Assembly (NCBI GenBank): GCA_039024555.1 | Contig: JBCCQQ010000016.1 | Coordinates: forward strand, 39,372-103,371 | From: Cyanobacteria bacterium P01_D01_bin.156 | GTDB lineage: Bacteria > Cyanobacteriota > Cyanobacteriia > Phormidesmidales > Phormidesmidaceae | DNA length: 64,000 nt | Direction of reading: 5' to 3' | Shown: positions 18,199 to 27,681 of the stretch, one piece after another | How the letters are laid out: the number at the start of each line of letters is the position of its first letter | Position numbering within the stretch: position 1 is the stretch's first letter | Position numbers and translations under genes: made by a program | Notes under the pieces: model-generated | Told to the model about the DNA's origin: nothing | Databases searched by the model: none | What the model saw: the letters and a program-made list of their open reading frames with translations, nothing else

Positions 18199-19524
18199 AT
18201 GACCATTAATCCGACTACAAAACAACCCCGGCTAGGACTTGGTGCTCCATCTATCAAATGGCTGCGCAGCCCTTGGGCAATTTTGATCAGCGTTGTTCTC
18301 GCTGTCTACATGGGAACGGCCCATAAGGAAACGGCTGTACTGCTGGCCCCCCTGGGAGACTTTTATCTAGGGCTGCTTAAAATGTGCGTTTTGCCCATTC
18401 TGTTAGCCGCCATTACCACAAGTATTGGTCGTCTGATGGGTAGTAAAGACGCAGCGCTTTACGTTAAACGGATCTTGGTGGTCTTTCCTCTAAGTCTGTT
18501 AGCCGCTAGTGGTTTAACGGCTCTGATTGCTGCCATTGCTGGGCCGGGGCGCAATCTATCGGCCCAAACCTTAGAGTCTTTGGGGGTGCTGGTTAACGAC
18601 TCGGGTATTGATCTCGAAATGGCGTTGACGGGTCCCCTACCGGAGGAAGCAAAGCGGGGCATTGGTACATTTTTAATTAGTCTGGTTCCTGACAATATTT
18701 TTTATGCCCTAAGTCAGGGAGAAACTCTTAAGGTACTCATTTTCTCGATTATTGTTGGTATTTCACTGGGGTTAGTTCGCGATCGCGTCACTGAACCTTG
18801 CTTCGAGATTTTAGAAGCCATTTACCGCACCTTTAATCAGCTAATCGATTGGCTGACCGTCGTTCTACCCATTGGTCTGTTTAGCCTATTGGCCTATCAG
18901 CTTTCTCAGCAGGGTGTGGACGTCATGCTATCGATGATTAACTTTGTCCTGGCTGCCCTAATCACATTTTTTATCATTTATGTGATCTGTACATTAGTGG
19001 TTTGGCAACAGTCTAAAGTCTCCCTACTCAAAGTTTTAGCAGCATTACGAGAGCCGACAATTTTAGCTTTAGCCACTTCCAGTAGTTTAGCCTGTCTCCC
19101 CTCATCCATCGCCCAGCTAAGTGAGGCCCTAAAGTTTAATCGCCAAACGGTCAATCTCGTTACGCCCCTATCCATTACCCTGTGTCGATTTGGTTCTGTT
19201 ATCTACTTTGCCTTGGGCTCCGTATTTGTCATGCAGCTATACGATAAGCCCATTAGTCTGGGAAGTATTCTAATTGTGGTGGTGGGCTCCATTTTTGCAG
19301 GGATGGCCACTGCTGGGGTTACTGGAATTCTCACATTAGCCATGTTAGGAATTGTTCTAGAACCTTTGCAGCTACCCTTAGAAGCTGTTCTAGTGTTGTT
19401 TGTTGCTATTGATCCCATTATGGATCCATTTCGTACCCTCGGGATTGTTCACACCGGCATTGCAGCGACTGCCGTAATTGCGGATAAGTCCACTGGCAAT
19501 ACAATCATAACCAATCTCAACTAA
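18199..19524 (+). CDS. Dicarboxylate/amino acid:cation symporter (DAACS family)
   Basis: Multi-TM protein with LLKM.VLP, VPDNIF.AL, ALATSSSLACLP, ATAGV.G and IDPIMDPFRT. Confidence 0.9.
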   Translation: MTINPTTKQPRLGLGAPSIKWLRSPWAILISVVLAVYMGTAHKETAVLLAPLGDFYLGLLKMCVLPILLAAITTSIGRLMGSKDAALYVKRILVVFPLSLLAASGLTALIAAIAGPGRNLSAQTLESLGVLVNDSGIDLEMALTGPLPEEAKRGIGTFLISLVPDNIFYALSQGETLKVLIFSIIVGISLGLVRDRVTEPCFEILEAIYRTFNQLIDWLTVVLPIGLFSLLAYQLSQQGVDVMLSMINFVLAALITFFIIYVICTLVVWQQSKVSLLKVLAALREPTILALATSSSLACLPSSIAQLSEALKFNRQTVNLVTPLSITLCRFGSVIYFALGSVFVMQLYDKPISLGSILIVVVGSIFAGMATAGVTGILTLAMLGIVLEPLQLPLEAVLVLFVAIDPIMDPFRTLGIVHTGIAATAVIADKSTGNTIITNLN

Positions 19525-19660
19525 ACAGCTTGTTGGTTATTCTGATCGGTTCATATGCAAAATCGATAGCTGCAAGTAACCTGCTATTAACTTAACGGAT
19601 GCGTTGTTCCAGCGTTTCTCTTCTAAACTAAGGGAAGAAATGCTGGAATAGTTAGGTGCA

Positions 19661-20365
19661 ATGCCCCAATTAGATTTTGCTATCTGGAATAGGCTACTGC
19701 AACAGTATGTAGATAACAGAGGTCGAGTGGCCTATGATCGCTGGCAGCAAGAATCTCTTAGCGAACTGGAACAGTGGTTAAGCGATCTGGCCAGTGTAGA
19801 TCTGCAGAGGTTAGAACGCCCGATTGCGATCGCAACCCTTCTAAATCTCTATAATGCATTGACCATTCGCCAGGTACTTTACCAGTACCCGATTACATCC
19901 ATTCGACCTAGGTTTTTAGGGATTCCCAACTGGCTAGCCTTTCTGCAGTTCTTTACTACATCGGTCTACCGTCTAGACGGGCAATCCGTAAGCTTAAACA
20001 ATCTTGAGCACGGCATTCTACGTCAGCGGTTCCTGGACCCACGGATTCACTTTGCGTTAGTCTGTGCGTCCGTGGGCTGCCCTTTATTAAGAGCAGAAGC
20101 CTACACACCAGAAATGTTATCCAACCAGTTGGAGGAGGACTGCGATCGCTTTATTAACAACCCAGACAAAGTCCGCTACGATGCTGTCAGCAACACGCTA
20201 TTCTGCAGCAAACTATTCAAATGGTATAAGGCAGACTTTTTAACGGTGGCTGACTCAATTGCAGCGTATTGCGATCGCTACTATACCGCTGCCCAGATAC
20301 CGGCCTCCGTAAACGTGGTTCACTCACCCTACAGCTGGGAATTAAATCAACGTATATCTTCATAA
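19661..20365 (+). CDS. DUF547 domain protein
   Basis: W..LL..YV...G.V.Y, NLYNALT, SLNNLEH.ILR, DPRIHFALVCAS.GCP.L and Y.W.LN. Confidence 0.85.
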   Translation: MPQLDFAIWNRLLQQYVDNRGRVAYDRWQQESLSELEQWLSDLASVDLQRLERPIAIATLLNLYNALTIRQVLYQYPITSIRPRFLGIPNWLAFLQFFTTSVYRLDGQSVSLNNLEHGILRQRFLDPRIHFALVCASVGCPLLRAEAYTPEMLSNQLEEDCDRFINNPDKVRYDAVSNTLFCSKLFKWYKADFLTVADSIAAYCDRYYTAAQIPASVNVVHSPYSWELNQRISS

Positions 20366-21087
20366 AATTGCTTGAGCCACTGTCCAGACACCCCCATGCC
20401 CCACAGAGAACCAACAGCTAGATAAATAAAATTTGCCTTTAGCGCCCCCCACCTAACCACCCGACGGTCCGAAGACTGCACCAGGCGATTGACCTGATAA
20501 ATGCGGCCCAGCCGAGAGAGTCTCAGGCATAGATCCGCATCTTCCATAATTGGTAAAGTTTCATCAAAACCGCCACAGGCCCAAAAGTCTGTTTGTCGAC
20601 AAAACATTACCTGGTCGCCAAATAAAATCCGTAATCCGTCTCGGACGTAACGATGGGGGCGAAACAACAGGGCTGCATAGTGGGTTTTTATAGCATTGTG
20701 CAAAGAGATACCCCAGCGAGTTATGTGTTGGCCCGCCATAATTGAAATAAAGCCACCACAGACAATATCAGGTTTTTCTAGAGTTGTTGCTATGAGTGCT
20801 GTTACATCATCGGGTACTCGAGTGTCCCCATGGAGAAAACATAAAATATTGCCGGTTGCCTGCTTGGCTCCTAAGTTCATTTGTACAGAACGTCCCGGTC
20901 GATCAGCAAAAATCACCTTAGTCCCATGGTCCTTGGCAATGGCCGCAGTATCATCACTGCTACCACCATCCACCACAATAATTTCATGGGCAGGTGGATC
21001 TAGAATGGCTAAATGGCGCAGAGTGCGATCCAAGCAGCTGGATTCGTTCAAGACTGGAATAATAATAGAAACTTGAGCAACTGTCAC
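20347..21087 (-). CDS. GT2 glycosyltransferase (TIGR04283-like)
   Basis: SIIIPVLNE, VVDGGSSD.T, GR..QMN.GA, FLHGDT, FGDQ..F, GGF...PIMED and SDRR. Confidence 0.9.
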   Translation of the reverse strand: MTVAQVSIIIPVLNESSCLDRTLRHLAILDPPAHEIIVVDGGSSDDTAAIAKDHGTKVIFADRPGRSVQMNLGAKQATGNILCFLHGDTRVPDDVTALIATTLEKPDIVCGGFISIMAGQHITRWGISLHNAIKTHYAALLFRPHRYVRDGLRILFGDQVMFCRQTDFWACGGFDETLPIMEDADLCLRLSRLGRIYQVNRLVQSSDRRVVRWGALKANFIYLAVGSLWGMGVSGQWLKQFYEDIR

Positions 21088-21095
21088 AAATATCT

Positions 21096-21839
21096 ATGGA
21101 GCGCAACAACCTTGCATTTTACGATCAACAGGCTGACCAGTGGTGGAACGAATCGGCGACCATTTTTCCCCTGAGCAAGCTGAATCCGCTTCGATTTGCA
21201 TATTTTGATCGGCTGATTCCCCAATGGAATGGTCTCAAAGTGTTGGATGTGGGCTGTGGTGGCGGCTATACTTGTGAGTTTTTGGCCCAGCGAAAAGCAA
21301 TTGTAACCGGAATTGATCAATCAGCAGCCTGCATTAAGGCCGCGCATCGTCACAGGACTGAAAAAGGACTAAACATTGACTATCAAGTAGGTGTGGCCGA
21401 ACACCTACCATTTGATAATGACTACTTTGATGTCGTCACCTGTGTAGATGTGTTGGAACATGTCAAAAGCCCCAGAGCGACCATAGCTGAAATTGGGCGG
21501 GTACTAAAGCCAGGGGGCCAATTTTGTTTTGATACGATTAATCGTACCTGGCAGTCGCGGTGGCTAATGATTTGGCTACTAGAGGATATACTCCGACAGA
21601 TTCCCAGAGGGGTTCATGATTGGGCAAAGTTTGTTAAGCCAGAGGAGCTGGAGCAACTGCTACTAGAAACAGGGTTTGTTGAGGTGTCCTTGGCAGGCTT
21701 TGATTTATTTGGCCATAATCTCATAGCTCAGGTAGCTAACCTGATGCACTTTTTAAAAACCGGCGGGTTTAATGTGCAGTTTGATGGGGATACCCGAGTA
21801 ATGTACATCGGTACAGCACAGTTGGAAAAAACAGCGTAG
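21096..21839 (+). CDS. UbiG-like SAM-dependent O-methyltransferase
   Basis: A..WW, LNP.R..Y, VLDVGCGGG, FDVV.C.DVLEHV, TINRT and P.G.HDW.KF.KP.EL. Confidence 0.85.
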   Translation: MERNNLAFYDQQADQWWNESATIFPLSKLNPLRFAYFDRLIPQWNGLKVLDVGCGGGYTCEFLAQRKAIVTGIDQSAACIKAAHRHRTEKGLNIDYQVGVAEHLPFDNDYFDVVTCVDVLEHVKSPRATIAEIGRVLKPGGQFCFDTINRTWQSRWLMIWLLEDILRQIPRGVHDWAKFVKPEELEQLLLETGFVEVSLAGFDLFGHNLIAQVANLMHFLKTGGFNVQFDGDTRVMYIGTAQLEKTA

Positions 21840-21876
21840 AATTCTTTTGCTAAATTTGAAGATGTCTCTTGTAAAA

Positions 21877-21915
21877 AGCTCGTCTAGCCCTAAAATCCTT
21901 GGGGCTAGACGAGCT
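21877..21915. terminator. Strong hairpin between convergent genes, probable bidirectional terminator
   Basis: AGCTCGTCTAGCCC pairs perfectly with GGGCTAGACGAGCT (14 bp). Confidence 0.6.
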
Positions 21916-21953
21916 ACGGTGTTACCAGTTGATACGCTTACTAAAGGTAGAGC

Positions 21954-23633
21954 CTAGGCAACCAGAGCGGGCTTCTCTTCACTACTATCTTCAGGAATCC
22001 TTAGGTCCTGTACCATTTTCTGAATCTCTGGCGGGGGCGGGGGTGTTAAACGAGAAACAACTAGCGTCACCACTAAGTTGAGCACCATACCAAAGGTCCC
22101 AATCCCCTCAGCTGAGATATCAAAGAACCAAGTGGGCATGTTCAAAAACTTCACCCCAATAATGTAGGCTGCCGTAAAAATTAGTCCAACAAGCATGCCC
22201 GAAATAGCACCCTCACGGTTGGTCCGCTCATCAAAGATCCCCAATACAATCACCGGAAAGAAGCTAGATGCTGCTAGCCCAAACGCAAAGGCCACCACCT
22301 GCCCCACAAATCCCGGTGGGTTCGTCCCAAAATAGCTGGCAACAACCAGGGCAAAAGCCACCATAATCCGACCAACAAATACCCGCTGCCGTTCTGACGC
22401 ATCCGGGTTGAACATTCGATAGTACACATCGTGGGCAATGGAGCTGGAAATGACTAGCAACAGACCTGATGCGGTTGAAAGTGCGGCAGCTAAACCACCT
22501 GCAGCCACTAACGCTACTACCCAAGGAGCCAGCTGCGCAACCTCTGGGGTAGAGAGCACAACAATGTCACGATCAATCGTAATTTCATTGCTGGCTTCAT
22601 CGGGAGTCAGCTGCAAGAGACCGTCTCGATTTTTATCTTCAAAGGCCAACAGTCCCGTATTTTCCCACTTTTGTACCCAGTCCAACTGCTGCACTTCTTC
22701 AACACTGGCACCATTCAGCGTGGTCACCAAGTTATAGCGAGAAAACATCGATAGGGCCGGAGCTGTTGTATATAGCAGTGCAATAAACAACAATGCCCAA
22801 CTTACAGAGAATCTGGCTGAACGAACATCTTTTACCGTGTAAAAGCGGACAATAATATGGGGCAGTCCCGCAGTGCCTAACATAAGGGCACTGGTAATTG
22901 CCAAAACATCCAACATCGATTTGTTAGCAAAGGCTTGGGTGTATTCTGCAAACCCCAAATCGAGCTGAATTTGATTGAGCTTAGTACTAATATCGCTAAA
23001 GGTCATTGCAAATTGAGGGATGGGATTTCCCGTAAGCAATGTTGCCAGACCAACAGCCGGAATTATATAAGCGATAATAAGTACATAATATTGGGCGACT
23101 TGAGTCCAGGTGATGCCTTTCATTCCACCCAGGACTGCAAAAAAGCCCACAATAATCATGCCAATCAGCACGCCCGTGTTGACATCAACCTGTAAAAATC
23201 GACTAAACACAATACCGACCCCTCTCATTTGGCCAACAATATAGACCAGTGAGATAAATAGAGCCGCAATGACGGCAACCAGCCGTGCCCAGTTGGAATA
23301 GTAACGATCACCAATAAAATCAGGCACCGTGTATTTGCCAAATTTTCGCAGATACGGAACTATTAACAACGCTAGAAGAACATAGCCTCCGGTCCAACCG
23401 ATGAGATAAATTGAACCGTCGTAACCGAGAAATGAGACCAAACCAGCCATGGAAATAAATGAAGCAGCAGACATCCAGTCTGCTGCTGTCGCTGCTCCAT
23501 TTGCTGTCGCCGGCACGCCCTGATCGGCGACAAAAAATCCTTTACTATCGGTAACGCGCGAACTCCAACCGATGTATAAATACATCAAAATGGAACCGCC
23601 TACAAACAGTCCTGTCCAAACCTCAACTGACAT
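21954..23633 (-). CDS. Sodium:solute symporter (ActP-like, VC_2705 subfamily)
   Basis: NG.ATAADWMSAASFISMAG, PYLRKFGKYTVPDF.GDRY, GGMKGITWTQVAQY and GTAGLPH...RFYTV. Confidence 0.95.
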   Translation of the reverse strand: MSVEVWTGLFVGGSILMYLYIGWSSRVTDSKGFFVADQGVPATANGAATAADWMSAASFISMAGLVSFLGYDGSIYLIGWTGGYVLLALLIVPYLRKFGKYTVPDFIGDRYYSNWARLVAVIAALFISLVYIVGQMRGVGIVFSRFLQVDVNTGVLIGMIIVGFFAVLGGMKGITWTQVAQYYVLIIAYIIPAVGLATLLTGNPIPQFAMTFSDISTKLNQIQLDLGFAEYTQAFANKSMLDVLAITSALMLGTAGLPHIIVRFYTVKDVRSARFSVSWALLFIALLYTTAPALSMFSRYNLVTTLNGASVEEVQQLDWVQKWENTGLLAFEDKNRDGLLQLTPDEASNEITIDRDIVVLSTPEVAQLAPWVVALVAAGGLAAALSTASGLLLVISSSIAHDVYYRMFNPDASERQRVFVGRIMVAFALVVASYFGTNPPGFVGQVVAFAFGLAASSFFPVIVLGIFDERTNREGAISGMLVGLIFTAAYIIGVKFLNMPTWFFDISAEGIGTFGMVLNLVVTLVVSRLTPPPPPEIQKMVQDLRIPEDSSEEKPALVA

Positions 23634-23634
23634 A

Positions 23635-23940
23635 TTATTTACCCTCTAAATCATAGCCAGAAAAGGCCGTATACTTTGAATCACTGGGGCGAGAATGATA
23701 TCGTTTGTCAAGCTCGTCTGTTTCAAATGCATAAAAGAATGTCAGCCCAACAAACGATAGAATTGAGCCTTGCTGAGCTACCCAAAACCCTAGCGGTAGA
23801 CCAAAAAACTGAATCTGATTGAGCAGGTCTACAATTAAAATACTACAACCCAAGGCCACTGTCCCCCAGGCTGTCAATAACAGTTGAATGGTAGCGACGT
23901 TGGTATCCCAATAACTTTGCTGTCGAGAAAAATCTCTCAT
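23635..23940 (-). CDS. Small membrane subunit of the symporter (DUF4212/DUF485-like)
   Basis: YW..N...I..LL..W and G.PLGFW.AQQGSI..FV. Lies immediately upstream of the symporter. Confidence 0.85.
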   Translation of the reverse strand: MRDFSRQQSYWDTNVATIQLLLTAWGTVALGCSILIVDLLNQIQFFGLPLGFWVAQQGSILSFVGLTFFYAFETDELDKRYHSRPSDSKYTAFSGYDLEGK

Positions 23941-24301
23941 AACGTTTAGATATATAGATCGACTAAAGAACAGATAGCCCTGATAATTTAATGCTTGTTT
24001 AGATTATGCTGCATTTAAATGAGACGTTATAGCCAAAAGGCATGAACTGCCTAATCTTCATTCGATTTTTAACATTTTTACTCTGAATAGGTCAGCAACC
24101 GAGAGAAAACTCTATGGTTTAGCTAACCCATTAGCTCTGCAATAAATATTCCTTACAACAACCTACACTTTCAATGGTGTTCCCCAGGAAAAAATCAATT
24201 TCCAGTAAAATTGATATAAAGAGAGCTCATGCCTAACAAGGATAGTTCAATCTCCAGCTGTACAGGGCGTTAGATAGCATAGCTATAGGTGCCTCGCTAT
24301 T

Positions 24302-25378
24302 CTAAAGAGTCTCATTAACCATGAGTTCATCGCTATGGAAAAAGGTCGGTATGTCTAAAATATGCATCATCTGTTCCCCATAGGGAACCATTCCTTGAAT
24401 GAAGCGATGGTTCATCATAGGGGGCACAGCTGTTTCCATGGCACTCGGTTTTAACTCAAATAGGGCATCTCGAATTTCCTCGATTACTACGGCTGCTAAG
24501 GCATTTTCCAGCTCAACTACAACAGCCATCGGATTCTTAGATAGTGTTTTAGCTGAGAAGCCTAAGGGCTCGGTAATATCAACAACGGTGACCACTTCAC
24601 CCCGCAAATTGGTATTGCCGACAATATATCTGGGACAACAGGGTACGGGGATTGCCTGAGTAACTGTGATAAATTCCCGAACATAGGTGGCATCAATACC
24701 AATAAGACAATCGTCTAGGGCAACAACAATAAGTGTCTTTAGAGCTGTATTTGCTTGAATGGTTTCAGGTAGCTGTCTTAACCCATCAGCTCTCTGGCGA
24801 AAAATACTTTTTTCCTGCGCGCTAGCATCGGGACAAAAGGCTGTGATAATTGTCTCTGCTGATAAGGTGGTTTTGTTCTGGTCTAAACGATTGTCATAAA
24901 AGTCGTCTACTAGAAACCGAGTAACGGCGATTACCTGCTGTAGCTCGCCTGGATTAAACCAAGCTTGGGGCTCATTTAGAATGAAAATATTATTCTCATT
25001 CAAGAGCAGACCGGCAAAGAACCCCTTAGTGTCTGATGACATCCAGGCTTGATGCTCAGGCAGCTCGGTCATTGTTCCTTGAATTGATAAATCTCTAACA
25101 CCTTGGACCTCATTAGCAATGACACCAACTTTTAGATCATTCTGCTTTAGGATAATTAGGCTATCGGCTAGCTCATAATGTCGAGATTGTTCTTCAGGGT
25201 TGACCCGGAAATCGACCACAGGAAGAACATCCCCGTGTAAATCGATCACCCCGATAATTCCCGACGGTGCGTTGGGAACCAATATAAGCTCTGGTAGTGA
25301 AAAGACTTCTTCTAAATAGTCGGCGTTAATGGCACTAAGATGCTGGTTAACTTTAAAGAGGCAATAGGAGGTTTTCAT
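24302..25378 (-). CDS. cheW: Tandem double CheW-domain protein
   Basis: Two CheW domains (VPNAP..IIGVIDLHG.VLPVVD and PVPCCP..IVG.TNLRGEVVTVVD). Confidence 0.9.
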   Translation of the reverse strand: MKTSYCLFKVNQHLSAINADYLEEVFSLPELILVPNAPSGIIGVIDLHGDVLPVVDFRVNPEEQSRHYELADSLIILKQNDLKVGVIANEVQGVRDLSIQGTMTELPEHQAWMSSDTKGFFAGLLLNENNIFILNEPQAWFNPGELQQVIAVTRFLVDDFYDNRLDQNKTTLSAETIITAFCPDASAQEKSIFRQRADGLRQLPETIQANTALKTLIVVALDDCLIGIDATYVREFITVTQAIPVPCCPRYIVGNTNLRGEVVTVVDITEPLGFSAKTLSKNPMAVVVELENALAAVVIEEIRDALFELKPSAMETAVPPMMNHRFIQGMVPYGEQMMHILDIPTFFHSDELMVNETL

Positions 25379-25387
25379 AATGTTTCT

Positions 25388-26485
25388 CTAATCTATGTCT
25401 TTTAGATTATTTTCGAGCTGTAAGATCAGTTCCGAGGCTTTACGATTTCCTAGTCTGGCAATTCTGCTGTCATCGGGCAGCTGGCGTAATAGATTAAGGG
25501 CAACTTGTTTCATTTTGATATCACTACCTTTGAACAAGGCATCAAGATCTTGTTTGCCACCATTGTCAGTATTTTCCTTAGGTGTCGACGTTGTTTGCAG
25601 GGGTATCGATTCAGAGATCGCCTGAGCATTATTATTGGCTGGACGCTGATAGGCAATCGACTCGTTAAATATTTTGGTGTGGAGCTTGTCTAAATTTTGT
25701 TTGTGGAGTTCTGCATGACCTACAAGCAGATATCCTGAAGGAGAAAGAGCATGGTAAAACTTATCTAGGGTGTTTGCGATCGCTGAGTCACTAAAGTAAA
25801 TAAAGACATTTCGACATAGAATCAAATCCATATCTTTGATGTCTAGCGTTGGATCTAAAAATGAGCTATCTACCAGATTAACGACCTTAAAGTTGACCAT
25901 CTCTCGAATAGCATCATTAATTTGATAATCGTTATTGGCAACTCTAAAAAAGCGTGATTGAACAGTGCGATCAACACCCCTGAACGACCAAGGGCGATAG
26001 ATTCCCGCTCTAGCTTTTTCAACGGCTTTTGAATTAATATCGATACCAAAAATTGTTAGATCCCAATTTTTTAAGTCTGGAATTAGCTGGGTGAGTAAAA
26101 TTGCAATGGAATAGGGTTCTTCGCCGGTTGAACAACCCGCACTGCAAATGCGTAGGCTTTTTTGACTGTAATTGCGTTTAATTAGGGTGGGTAAAATATA
26201 GTTGTTTAATATATTAAACTGACCCTGGTCTCGAAAAAAGAAACTCTCGGTGTTGGTAATTGCTAAGATTAGTAGCTCCCACTCACGATGACATCTATCG
26301 GTATTGTCGTTTAGCAATAGATAGTATGCTTCTGGACCATCCAACCCGATCGTACGCAGTCGATCAAAAAGAAATTCTTGAAACGTGATCTGATCGCTTT
26401 TTCTCAGAACCAAACCAATGCGATCAGTAATTAGATCAGCAAACGCTTGTTGTAATCTTAGGCTGAGCGGCTGCATTGGTGACAC
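25388..26485 (-). CDS. cheR: Chemotaxis methyltransferase CheR
   Basis: T.TESFFFRD, SAGCSTGEEPYSIA, DLILCRNVFIYF and GYL.VGHAE. Confidence 0.95.
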   Translation of the reverse strand: MSPMQPLSLRLQQAFADLITDRIGLVLRKSDQITFQEFLFDRLRTIGLDGPEAYYLLLNDNTDRCHREWELLILAITNTESFFFRDQGQFNILNNYILPTLIKRNYSQKSLRICSAGCSTGEEPYSIAILLTQLIPDLKNWDLTIFGIDINSKAVEKARAGIYRPWSFRGVDRTVQSRFFRVANNDYQINDAIREMVNFKVVNLVDSSFLDPTLDIKDMDLILCRNVFIYFSDSAIANTLDKFYHALSPSGYLLVGHAELHKQNLDKLHTKIFNESIAYQRPANNNAQAISESIPLQTTSTPKENTDNGGKQDLDALFKGSDIKMKQVALNLLRQLPDDSRIARLGNRKASELILQLENNLKDID

Positions 26486-26530
26486 GTGTTTTAGGTTGGA
26501 TTAGTTGTTTTCTTAGATTCAGAGGGATGG

Positions 26531-27559
26531 CTAGCTGACCAGCTGTAAAACAGCTAGTGCGATCGCATCTATGGGTAATACTTGGTGGACTGCCCCTAAT
26601 GCGATCGCTTCCTTTGGCATGCCAAACACCACTGAAGTCGATTTATCCTGAGCAATGGTCGTTCCCCCAGCCTCAGCAATTGCCTTCATCCCATCCGCCC
26701 CATCACGCCCCATCCCCGTAAGTAAAACACCAATGGTCTTTCGGCCATGGACTTTGGCAATAGATGAAAACAAGGTTGTCACTGAAGGACAATGGCTATC
26801 GCCAGGAAGCGCCTGGGAATAAACAAACCGACCAGACGAATCGAGGGTAAGGTGCTGACGTTCAGGGGGAAAGTAAATAATGCCGGGTCTAGGACGCTCA
26901 CCCACCGGGGCAATCCGAATCGAAAGATTGCTGGTACCGTTTAACCAATCCAGCAATCCCTGCAAAAATCCTCGACTAATGTGTTGCACACAGACAATGG
27001 GCAGTGGAAAATTCTCAGGCAAGCTAGCAAACAAACTCTGAAGTGCCATCGGTCCTCCAGTTGAAGCCCCTATCGCCATAATGCCATCCCTCGGATGCAG
27101 GTGACCTAATCCACCAGCCTTATTGTTGTGCTGGGCTGGTCGCTTTTTCTTAAACACCTTTACCCCAGATAAGACTTTAATCTTATTAATTAAAGCCTGC
27201 TTGAGTAACATATTTTCAGGATCTAGACCAGCCTTGGGTTTAGGCAATATGTCAACGGCCCCCGCCTCAAGTAGTTGAAAAATACGGTGGGGATCATCTT
27301 CTTGCACAGATGCACTAACCACCAATATAGGCCGAGGATATTTTGTCATCACCTGGGCCGTAAACTCCAGCCCATCCATGGTCGGCATAAAAAAGTCAGT
27401 GCAAATCACATCTGGTTGACTGGTGGGAATGAGTTCCAATCCCTCCTGACCAGTGCGGGCTGTACCAACAATTTTAATTTCAGTAGACGAGGTCAAAATA
27501 CGTTTAAGAATAGTTAGCGCAATGGGTGAATCTTCAACAATAAGAACGCGAATGGACAT
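26531..27559 (-). CDS. cheB: Chemotaxis methylesterase CheB (REC + esterase)
   Basis: N-terminal REC domain, IGASTGGP, VQHI, LTGMGRDGA and SVVFGMP. Confidence 0.95.
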   Translation of the reverse strand: MSIRVLIVEDSPIALTILKRILTSSTEIKIVGTARTGQEGLELIPTSQPDVICTDFFMPTMDGLEFTAQVMTKYPRPILVVSASVQEDDPHRIFQLLEAGAVDILPKPKAGLDPENMLLKQALINKIKVLSGVKVFKKKRPAQHNNKAGGLGHLHPRDGIMAIGASTGGPMALQSLFASLPENFPLPIVCVQHISRGFLQGLLDWLNGTSNLSIRIAPVGERPRPGIIYFPPERQHLTLDSSGRFVYSQALPGDSHCPSVTTLFSSIAKVHGRKTIGVLLTGMGRDGADGMKAIAEAGGTTIAQDKSTSVVFGMPKEAIALGAVHQVLPIDAIALAVLQLVS

Positions 27560-27681
27560 TAGCTATGAGTGTGCCAACGGAAATCTGTCGTAGCTGATTG
27601 AGAGAATGAACCAATCTAATGACAATGCTATTGATCAGAGTTGCTCAAATAAAATCCTCCCGAGGAGAAACCATACCAGCT

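Noticed and set aside
21096..21839. Assigning ubiG and ubiquinone synthesis
   Set aside because: The fold is UbiG-like, but cyanobacteria use plastoquinone and no other ubi genes are adjacent, so the substrate is unknown.
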